The notes under the pieces: generated by a model | The model's database searches: none | Told to the model about the DNA's origin: nothing | Seen by the model: only the letters and a program-made list of their open reading frames with translations | Translations under genes and position numbers: made by a program | Part shown: one piece after another, positions 1 to 7,879 of the stretch | Numbering within the stretch: the first letter of the stretch is position 1 | Layout of the letters: each line of letters begins with the position of its first letter | Virus record (IMG/VR): IMGVR_UViG_3300044632_001278 | Length of the DNA stretch: 64,000 bases | Reading direction: 5' to 3' (one strand) | DNA from: a virus

Positions 1-5
1 AACAC

Positions 6-878
6 TTGGATTCAAAGGAAACTGAGAGTTATTGTTTTAAATTTTTTAACAATGTTATATCTGATACATTGTTTGAAGTAGAAAAGAACGGAATCAAAGT
101 AGACGTTGATGTTTTTTCAAAATATTTCAAGAGCAAAACTTATAATAAATTTGTATATACCAACTACAACATATACAATCCAACGGGAAGACCAAGTAAT
201 TCATATGATACCATCAATTATGTAGCTCTTAAAAAAGATGATGGGTCGAGAGCTAGTTTTGTTTCACGATATGGACAAGACGGTCATTTGATGATGATTG
301 ATTTTACAGGATTCCATCCTTACATTGTAGCAAATCTTGTGGAGTACAAAGTACCCGAAGAAGAAACAATATATGAACATTTAGCTAAATATTACTTTAA
401 CATTGTCAATGTAACAGCTGATGATATTGGCAAATCAAAGAAATTAACGATGGTAAATCTATATGGTCAGATTTCCAATCAATATTGTGATATTCCTTAT
501 TTTCACAAAGTTGAACAGTTAAAGGATAAATATTGGAAAAAGTTTGAGAAGAATGGGTATATAACAACTCCGATATATAAACGAAAGATAACAAATAAAC
601 ATATAGTTGATGCCAACAAAAACAAGTTGTTTGCTTATATTATTCAAGCTGCTGAAACTGAATATGGAATTGACAGCTTAAGTAAGTGTATTAAGTTTGT
701 TAGTAACAAAAAGATCGTACCTATTCTGTATGTATATGATTCGATAGTGTTTGATATTCACAATGATGTGGATAGACAAGATATTACTGATTTGATTGAG
801 ATCTTTAAAAACAAGCGATTTAAGGTAAAGACTTACACGGGAAATAATTATAATGATTTGAAATTAGTCCAATTGTAA
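6..878 (+). CDS. Divergent family-A DNA polymerase, C-terminal polymerase domain (5' part probably outside window)
   Basis: TGRPSN; motif A variant MIDFTGFHP; motif B-like KKLTMVNLYG; YIIQAAETE; motif C variant LYVYDSIVFD. Confidence 0.75.
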   Translation: MDSKETESYCFKFFNNVISDTLFEVEKNGIKVDVDVFSKYFKSKTYNKFVYTNYNIYNPTGRPSNSYDTINYVALKKDDGSRASFVSRYGQDGHLMMIDFTGFHPYIVANLVEYKVPEEETIYEHLAKYYFNIVNVTADDIGKSKKLTMVNLYGQISNQYCDIPYFHKVEQLKDKYWKKFEKNGYITTPIYKRKITNKHIVDANKNKLFAYIIQAAETEYGIDSLSKCIKFVSNKKIVPILYVYDSIVFDIHNDVDRQDITDLIEIFKNKRFKVKTYTGNNYNDLKLVQL

Positions 879-881
879 ATA

Positions 882-901
882 TATTTATATCTATATTTAT
901 A
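882..901 (+). promoter_or_regulatory. Tandem TATTTATA candidate late-promoter motif
   Basis: Copies at 882-889 and 894-901 just before ATG 906; motif recurs before several other genes. Confidence 0.5.
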
Positions 902-905
902 ATAG

Positions 906-3227
906 ATGAACTTTAAATCATTAGTAAACGAAATTTGTTGTGACAATCGTATTAAGAACGGTGTATTGGATCTTAAGAACGAAGATCACGTTTTTATATT
1001 GCAGGAATATCTAGAGAAAGCTGGATATAATATCGATGAGATAGTAGAAAAGACCGCTAGGTTATTTGAAGCGGGTAGATTTCCAGATCGACAAGCATAT
1101 AATAAAGATGGTATACTTGTAACATTTCCTAATAAACAATACAGAGATAGAGCTGTTAATAAAGGCACTCACTTCGCTGAAAATCCCAAAAAGGCTCAAG
1201 CTAATATTTTTAAAGCTGATGGTGAACAAGGAGTCGATACACAAACAGATTCAGAACCATCTAAGAAACAACCTGCCACGTTAGATCAAACATTAGATAA
1301 AGATATCGAAGGTGATAGTGGTGTAGACAAAAGAACACCAGCTGAGAAAAAGCAAGATGCTTGGGGAGTGGAAGCTATATTAACAGGTCAAACGCCACTT
1401 GTTAATTATAGTGTAGATGAAGCTAAAAGTTATGGATTTTACAACAAAGGATTCAAATGGTTTGATACTAATGGAGATTTAATAGGTGAACAGATATACG
1501 ATGAAACTATTTCTAAAAACGTAATTGTAGCTGATGCAATTGCGCCTGCTAAATATATTGATAAATCAAAAAAAATAAAAGACATTATAAACAAAGAACT
1601 TTTGGTTAAGTTGGAGTTCTTAAAAAATGCAGATAATAATACACGGACTAAATTATTTGAAACTATACCTATTTTGTTTGCTTACGGAATTACTGATTTT
1701 AAAAATGCTAAAACCGGACAAGATTACAACGATTTTGCGATTGGATTTTTATCTGCTTGGGGCAATTTAAGAGAAAAATTAGAGAATATACCAAACGAAA
1801 CCAGTCGTATAGAAAATCTTAAATTATACGATTTAGTCGATAAAGATTTAAAACAAATTGGTGGATTTGACGGAGTTTCTTTAGCGGAATTAGGAACGCC
1901 TACTGATTTTATTCATAAATCAATAGATAGTTTTTATAAAGCAGCCGATGATTATAACAGAAAATTTTTAAAAGGTGAACAAGAAACAAAATCAAATACC
2001 GCAGACATTGTTTTGATTTATGGTGGCACAAAGGCAGATGTATTAAACGCTTTAAAAGATGGCAATATTGATGAACAAGATGTCGATTCGATGGCTAAAA
2101 TAAAAGATAAAAATATTAAATTTGCTTTAATTAGTTTAAAAGCAGGTGGTGGAAAATTGGGAAGAGTTTTAACTCAATTGGCACAATACGTTGGTCAATC
2201 TTTGGCACCTACTCCATCGGATGAACCAGTGCCACTTAGTGAAGGAATAATTGATAAAATATCAAGTAGCATAAAATATGCTATAGATAAAATTAAAAGT
2301 ATACCAGATATTGCTAAAAATTATTTTCAATCATTCATAAAAGCAATAAATCCATTTACTACAAAAATAAATAACTTTTTTTTCAAAAAATTAAATACGG
2401 ATGTAAAAATTTTACAATCTTCGGAATTAAAAAATCTAGAAAATTTAGAGCGTCAACTTGAAAGAGAAATAGGTACTATTTCAGAAAAATCTAGTAAGAA
2501 ATGTGATAATAAACATACAGAATATACGGAGACCATTAATAAAAATTTGAATTTATTTAAAAACATTTTGAAATCAAGTACAGAGGACATAACTCTTATT
2601 AACAAAATTTCCGAATTATCAAACAATAAATTTCTAATTGAATTTTTTCCAATTGAAATAAAAACGGTACAATTGCAACAAATTGAAAATTTGAAAAAAA
2701 ATCTAATATATGTAATAAATCAAATTGACGGAGATTTTAAAATTGGAGATTGTTTAGAACGATATACACTCAGACCCATTTTTAAATACAGAGCTAATGT
2801 TTTGTCACTTAAGTATATAGATTTAATCTTAAACAATGTATTAAAAGATGTAAATACATCAGATCCTAATTTAATACGTGAAGAATTTATAAAATTATCT
2901 AGTCTTCTTTCAACCGAAGCTGTATTTGGCAAAAACGTTAGTTTACCTCTAATCAAATACACTGGTAAAAAGATTGAAAGGTTGAGATATAAAGGTAATT
3001 TTAAATTAGAAATTCCAAAAGAGTTCGAAGATGTAAAATTGGGTAAGATCCGAATCAATATGGTGGTTGACGAAGGATATTTAACGGTAACTCTTTATTT
3101 ATTCGCTGGAATTGTTATGAAAGATGATATTGCTACACCAACATATTCTGTTTTTAGTTTAGATAGTAGTAGTGGTAGTTCGTTTACGTTTAGTGTAGAA
3201 GGAAAAGAAGTCGTTGATAAAATATGA
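906..3227 (+). CDS. Large hypothetical protein, possibly virion-associated, with possible PD-(D/E)XK-like core
   Basis: 773-aa ORF; NTADIVL...ALISLK resembles restriction-endonuclease-like motifs; preceded by TATTTATA. Confidence 0.45.
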   Translation: MNFKSLVNEICCDNRIKNGVLDLKNEDHVFILQEYLEKAGYNIDEIVEKTARLFEAGRFPDRQAYNKDGILVTFPNKQYRDRAVNKGTHFAENPKKAQANIFKADGEQGVDTQTDSEPSKKQPATLDQTLDKDIEGDSGVDKRTPAEKKQDAWGVEAILTGQTPLVNYSVDEAKSYGFYNKGFKWFDTNGDLIGEQIYDETISKNVIVADAIAPAKYIDKSKKIKDIINKELLVKLEFLKNADNNTRTKLFETIPILFAYGITDFKNAKTGQDYNDFAIGFLSAWGNLREKLENIPNETSRIENLKLYDLVDKDLKQIGGFDGVSLAELGTPTDFIHKSIDSFYKAADDYNRKFLKGEQETKSNTADIVLIYGGTKADVLNALKDGNIDEQDVDSMAKIKDKNIKFALISLKAGGGKLGRVLTQLAQYVGQSLAPTPSDEPVPLSEGIIDKISSSIKYAIDKIKSIPDIAKNYFQSFIKAINPFTTKINNFFFKKLNTDVKILQSSELKNLENLERQLEREIGTISEKSSKKCDNKHTEYTETINKNLNLFKNILKSSTEDITLINKISELSNNKFLIEFFPIEIKTVQLQQIENLKKNLIYVINQIDGDFKIGDCLERYTLRPIFKYRANVLSLKYIDLILNNVLKDVNTSDPNLIREEFIKLSSLLSTEAVFGKNVSLPLIKYTGKKIERLRYKGNFKLEIPKEFEDVKLGKIRINMVVDEGYLTVTLYLFAGIVMKDDIATPTYSVFSLDSSSGSSFTFSVEGKEVVDKI

Positions 3228-3619
3228 TAACCCAAAAACAACTACTTTGCACATTTGCAAATAGTATAAATTATACTGAAACGATTAAAGAGATAACTCA
3301 ACAATATACATTGATCGATAATAAGATTTTTATATTTGCAAATGAGAATAATCTTCGGGAATTGTACTTAACGTTTAATGTGGAAAAAACCGAACGTAAT
3401 AATCGTTACAAAGGCACTATAAGTATTCATCGTAAGAAACAAACAAATACACTATATACACTCAACGCAATGAATAAGTTGATTGCTGACGAAAACAATG
3501 GTGTATTTGATAAGAACTTCCAATTAAATTGGGAACTATATAAAAACAGTATTATACTAACCAACGAAATTGGTGTAAAAATAGTTCCATTAAAATTGTT
3601 TTCTATCCAAGAAATTTGA
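3224..3619 (+). CDS. Hypothetical phage protein
   Basis: 131-aa ORF with ATGA overlap to the upstream gene. Confidence 0.7.
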   Translation: MITQKQLLCTFANSINYTETIKEITQQYTLIDNKIFIFANENNLRELYLTFNVEKTERNNRYKGTISIHRKKQTNTLYTLNAMNKLIADENNGVFDKNFQLNWELYKNSIILTNEIGVKIVPLKLFSIQEI

Positions 3620-3681
3620 TATATATTTTAGACTTGATTTCAATCTATACATAGTGTAGACTGATTTTAGGTTGGTTATAT

Positions 3682-3740
3682 GACGGGTCGAGTGATCCGT
3701 TGAAGTAATTAACTAATTAACAATTAAACATTAAATAATT
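3682..3740 (+). promoter_or_regulatory. Candidate SSB translational operator (hairpin plus unstructured AU-rich repeats)
   Basis: Hairpin GACGGGTC-GAGT-GATCCGTT (3682-3701), then TAATTAAC TAATTAAC AATTAAAC ATTAAAT up to the ATG. Confidence 0.45.
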
Positions 3741-4577
3741 ATGGCATTAGATCTAAGTAAACTAAAGAGTCGTTTGAACTCCCTTTCAAACACAAATCAA
3801 AAATCCAACTTGATTTGGAAACCAAAGCCAGGTAAACAAGTAGTTCGTATCGTACCATATAAGTACGTACCTGAGAATCCGTTTATCGAACTAAAGTTTC
3901 ATTACAATATCAATAACAAGACTTATCTATCTCCTGATAGTTTTGGTCGGCCAGATCCAATCGTTGAATTTGCTAACCGTCTGAAGAAGACTGGTTCAAA
4001 GGAAGATTGGCAGATGGGTCGTAAGATGGAACCAAAGATGCGTACTTTCGTACCAGTCATTGTTCGTGGTGAAGAAGGAGAAGGTGTCAAGTTCTGGGGA
4101 TTTGGAAAGCAAGTTTATCAAGAACTTCTTTCAATCATCAGTGATCCTGATTTCGGTGATATTACCGATCTAACCAATGGTCGTGATATCGTTGTAGAAT
4201 TCAAGACAGCTGAAGGCGGAGCTAGTTTCCCAGAAACCAGCATTCGTGTTAAACCAAACGTAAGTGTCGCCGTAGATCCAAAGAATACCCAACTCTTGGA
4301 TGCTCTAAAGGCACAAGTAAACATCTTGGATTTGTTTGAAGAACTATCCTATGATGACTTGAAGGAAGTTATGGATAAGTGGTTGAATCCAGAATCAGCC
4401 GCAACCGAAGTTGCAGCTGAACCTACTCCTAGTGGAGATGATGATGAAGCTCCGTTTTCAACATCACCAGCAGTAACCGCAACTGCTACAGCTAAGGCAC
4501 CAGCTTCACCAACTGCTGCCAAAGCAAAGGGTAAAGACAGTGTAGAACAAGCATTTGATGACTTGTTTAACTCCTAA
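3741..4577 (+). CDS. T4 gp32-like single-stranded DNA-binding protein
   Basis: WKPKPGKQVVRIVP, VKFWGFGKQVY, DITDLTNGRDI; acidic C-tail AFDDLFNS; lies next to recA. Confidence 0.85.
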   Translation: MALDLSKLKSRLNSLSNTNQKSNLIWKPKPGKQVVRIVPYKYVPENPFIELKFHYNINNKTYLSPDSFGRPDPIVEFANRLKKTGSKEDWQMGRKMEPKMRTFVPVIVRGEEGEGVKFWGFGKQVYQELLSIISDPDFGDITDLTNGRDIVVEFKTAEGGASFPETSIRVKPNVSVAVDPKNTQLLDALKAQVNILDLFEELSYDDLKEVMDKWLNPESAATEVAAEPTPSGDDDEAPFSTSPAVTATATAKAPASPTAAKAKGKDSVEQAFDDLFNS

Positions 4578-4588
4578 AAAATAAAAAT

Positions 4589-4622
4589 AAGCCGGTGGAG
4601 TTTTTATACCCCACCGGCTTTC
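4589..4622 (+). terminator. Intrinsic terminator-like hairpin after SSB
   Basis: AAGCCGGTGG...CCACCGGCTT 10-bp stem followed by a short T-rich tail. Confidence 0.65.
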
Positions 4623-4636
4623 TAGTTATATACGTT

Positions 4637-5782
4637 ATGGCAAAGAAAAGTGTTACAAAAGATACATCGGGTCAACGTGACGAATTAATCGAAATGTTGG
4701 CGAATGAGCTTAACAAAGCAAATAAAGATGGTGGTAAAATTGCACATTTCCTAGATGAACAAGATAATCCTTCAGAAATTACTGATTGGATTAGTACTGG
4801 CTCTTCTATTTTGGATCTTGCAATTAGTAATCGTCCACACGGCGGTCTACCAGTTGGTAAGATGGTTGAATTCAACGGACTTGAAGGTACTGGTAAGAGT
4901 CTATTGTCGGCACACGTTGTCGCAGATACACAGAAGAAGGGTGGAGTCGCTGTAGTAATTGATACTGAAAACGCAGCTGCGCCTGAGTTCTGGAAGAGTC
5001 TTGGTGTAGATTTGTCTAAGCTACTATATGTTCAATGTGAAACCGTTGAAGATATTTTTGCTCAGATGGAGAAGATGATCGCGATTGTTCGTAAGAGCAA
5101 CAAAGATCGTATTCTTACAATCATTGTAGATTCTGTAGCAGCAGCATCTACTAAAGTTGAATTGGAAAGTGATCACGGTAAGGATGGATTTGCAACGGGT
5201 AAATCTATTATTATCAGTAAGGCAATGCGTAAGATTACTACTATGATTGGTAAACAGAAAGTATTGACTGTATTTACTAATCAACTACGTCAGAATTTAA
5301 ATGCTATGGCATTTGGTGATAAGTACGTAGTAAGTGGTGGTAAGGCTTTAGCATATCATTGTAGTGTACGTGTTCGTTTGAATAATGCCGGTAAACTCAA
5401 GAAGGGTGAAGAAGTCATCGGAAACGAGTGTAAGGCAGTTGTTATCAAGAATCGTATGGGACCACCTCAACGTCAGGCCAATTTTGATATCTATTTTGAT
5501 AGTGGAATTGCTGACTATGGCAGTTGGATTAAAGTTCTAAAAGAACAAAATCTAATTAAACAGGGTGGTGCTTATTATACTTATAAAAAGAACGATGGAA
5601 ACGAATGGAAGTTCCAATCCAAAGACTTTGTAAGTGTAATGCAGAGTGACAAACAATTGGGTGAAGAAATTTACCTGAAGATTTGTGACGCTGTAATTAT
5701 GAAATACAAAGATCCCAATAGTCAAATTATTGAGGATGCTGTTGTGGATACACACGAAGAAACTGCAGGCAACGAAGAATAA
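4637..5782 (+). CDS. recA: RecA/UvsX recombinase
   Basis: ISTGSSILD, Walker A GLEGTGKS, IDTENA, IVDSVAA, NQLR, GGKALAYH, KNRMGPP; likely start is ATG 4637. Confidence 0.93.
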   Translation: MAKKSVTKDTSGQRDELIEMLANELNKANKDGGKIAHFLDEQDNPSEITDWISTGSSILDLAISNRPHGGLPVGKMVEFNGLEGTGKSLLSAHVVADTQKKGGVAVVIDTENAAAPEFWKSLGVDLSKLLYVQCETVEDIFAQMEKMIAIVRKSNKDRILTIIVDSVAAASTKVELESDHGKDGFATGKSIIISKAMRKITTMIGKQKVLTVFTNQLRQNLNAMAFGDKYVVSGGKALAYHCSVRVRLNNAGKLKKGEEVIGNECKAVVIKNRMGPPQRQANFDIYFDSGIADYGSWIKVLKEQNLIKQGGAYYTYKKNDGNEWKFQSKDFVSVMQSDKQLGEEIYLKICDAVIMKYKDPNSQIIEDAVVDTHEETAGNEE

Positions 5783-5796
5783 TACGTTGATAGGAT

Positions 5797-5848
5797 GTTT
5801 TTCCGCATTGCCTACTATTTATTAGTATGGATAACAATGCGGAAAAAC
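5797..5848 (+). promoter_or_regulatory. 14-bp perfect inverted repeat enclosing the late-promoter-like motif and start codon of the endonuclease gene
   Basis: GTTTTTCCGCATTG (5797-5810) pairs with CAATGCGGAAAAAC (5835-5848); loop holds TATTTAT and ATG 5827. Confidence 0.75.
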
Positions 5849-6759
5849 TCTTTTTTGAAGACCGATCTGAACGATTATATCAAATCTTTATAAAAGATGA
5901 ATCAATATGTGGATTTACTTCTTTATTTAAACTGAATAAAATTGGTAGCAAAACTGGGGAAAAAATAAAAAAATATTTATATAATAAATATGGTGAAACT
6001 TATTTGAAAAAAATAAGTGCTGTTAGAACGTCTAAAGCTGCTCATCAAAAAAGAAACAAAGATAGTTATTTTATTTCTTCAGAAAGAAGACAAAAAATGT
6101 CTGTCGGTATTAAAAAATATTATAAAAATAATCAGTCCGCTAAATCTAGATGTAGGGATTTAATGATTAAACATTGTTTACCAAAGTGCCAAACAATGGA
6201 GAGTAAAATAAAACGAGTAAAGAGTAGAGACTGGTATAAACCCAGTGAAGACACTAAACAAAAAATGTCTCAATCTCAACTTGGAAAGCCATTAACAGAA
6301 GAACATAAGTTAAAATTAAGAAAACCAAAGAAAACCAAACGATCTAATTTTAGACATACTACTGAAACAAAACACAAATTATCGTTAATTACTAAAAATC
6401 AGTGGAAAAGTGGAATTCACAAACCAATTTTTAAATCTAAAGGACAGCAGGAAGTAATTAGATTGTTAAAAGAACAAGGATATTCAATTCAAGATGAATA
6501 TGTTGTTGGGGGGAAGCCATACGATGTGTTTGTAAAAGAAAAAAATTTATTAATAGAATTTAATGGTACTTATTGGCACAGAGATCCTAGATTTTTTACA
6601 TCGTCCGATGAAGTTATTAAAATATGGGAAAAAGATAAAAATAAAATGTTGATTGCTGAATCGAATGGGTATATAATAAAAGTTATATGGCAACACGATT
6701 GGGAACAATGTAAAGACAAAAATATATACATTAAAAAACTATTAAATGAGCAACTTTGA
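5827..6759 (+). mobile_element. Free-standing homing endonuclease (NUMOD3-like repeats plus Vsr/DUF559-type PD-(D/E)XK domain)
   Basis: SEDTKQKMS, LTEEHKLKL, HTTETKHKLS repeats; C-terminal YDVFVKEKNLLIEFNGTYWH...GYIIKVIWQHDW; inserted between recA and the nuclease gene. Confidence 0.8.
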
Positions 6760-6874
6760 CAACAAAGAAATGAAGAAGTTATTTTCTTTATTTCAAAATA
6801 TAGAAAGCGATTCCGTCACCGGAGGACTTAAAAAATCACTTAATAGTGATGTCCTTTTGGTTGACGGATTGTAG
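6746..6874 (+). CDS. N-terminal 42-aa segment of RNase H/5'-3' exonuclease (not in ORF track)
   Basis: MSNFDNKEMKKLFSLFQNIESDSVTGGLKKSLNSDVLLVDGL-TAG; ends in the first catalytic strand VLLVDG; stop overlaps the GTG of the next ORF. Confidence 0.75.
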   Translation: MSNFDNKEMKKLFSLFQNIESDSVTGGLKKSLNSDVLLVDGL

Positions 6875-7818
6875 TGAATACTTACATTCGTAGTTTTATG
6901 GCCATTCCTTCACTCAATGAAGATGGGTTACACACTGGGGGTATTGCTGGTTTCTTGAAGAGCATTGGATATGCAATTAAATTACTTTCTCCTACCCGAG
7001 TTATTATTGTATTTGATGGTAAAGGTGGTAGTCAGAAACGCAGAAAGATATATCCAGGTTACAAAAACGGCAGAAAGACTGATATTCGTCTCAACCGTAA
7101 TTACGAAGAATTATCTTCATCACAGATTGAATCTGTTAACTTCAAAAAAGAATTGATTCGTACTGTAAATTATTTGGACACGTTGCCTGTAACAGTTATG
7201 GCAATTGATCAAATAGAAGCGGACGACACAATTGCTTATTTAGCTAAAGAAACTTTTAAGGACAGTAATGTAACAATTATGTCTACTGATAAAGATTTTC
7301 TTCAACTAGCAAGTGACAAGATTAAAATCTGGAGTCCTGTAAAAAAGAAAATTTTTGGTTGTAAAGAAATAGTGGATGAATATGGAATTACTTGCAATAA
7401 CTTTGTTTTATACAGAGTTATGGAAGGTGACGTTAGCGACAACATACCTGGACTAGATGGTGTGGGTTTAAAACGTGTAGTAAAAGCATTTCCATTTTTA
7501 TCAGACGGTCAACAATATGGATTACAAGAAATTTATAATTACTCTGAAAACAACAGAGGTAAATATAAAATATACGATACTGTATTGGATAATAAGTTGT
7601 TACTAGAAAGAAATCACTCTCTGATGCAATTGAGTGATACGCAGGTTCAGTCATTTACACAATTACGTATAGAAGAAATAATAAAGACTCCTATTCGTAA
7701 AATAGATAAAATGACTTTTACGAAGTTGATTACAGAAGACAAAATGTGGAATAATATCCCAAATTATCACATTTGGTTGAATGAGTGTTTTGGCAAACTA
7801 AACAGTTTCATCGAATAA
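6874..7818 (+). CDS. rnh: T4 RNase H-like 5'-3' exonuclease/flap endonuclease, C-terminal segment
   Basis: NTYIRSF, VFDG, YKNGR, EADD, STDKDFLQL, GDVSDNIPGLDGVGLK all intact; first catalytic Asp lies in the upstream frame. Confidence 0.88.
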   Translation: MNTYIRSFMAIPSLNEDGLHTGGIAGFLKSIGYAIKLLSPTRVIIVFDGKGGSQKRRKIYPGYKNGRKTDIRLNRNYEELSSSQIESVNFKKELIRTVNYLDTLPVTVMAIDQIEADDTIAYLAKETFKDSNVTIMSTDKDFLQLASDKIKIWSPVKKKIFGCKEIVDEYGITCNNFVLYRVMEGDVSDNIPGLDGVGLKRVVKAFPFLSDGQQYGLQEIYNYSENNRGKYKIYDTVLDNKLLLERNHSLMQLSDTQVQSFTQLRIEEIIKTPIRKIDKMTFTKLITEDKMWNNIPNYHIWLNECFGKLNSFIE

Positions 7819-7879
7819 AAAATAAACGTTATTTAAACGTTGTGGTTGGTAAAAAACAGTGGTATAGTAGAGTTATCTT

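Noticed and set aside
5783-6760. Group I intron around the endonuclease
   Set aside because: recA ends intact, and the flanking non-coding sequence (about 45 nt and 0 nt) is far too short for a ribozyme core.
6869-6877. TAG reassignment (alternative genetic code) as the explanation for the RNase H stop
   Set aside because: TAG is followed in frame by TGA and the continuation is in another frame; TAG ends other genes normally (19504, 46865, 51673, 59992), and coding density is high under the standard code.
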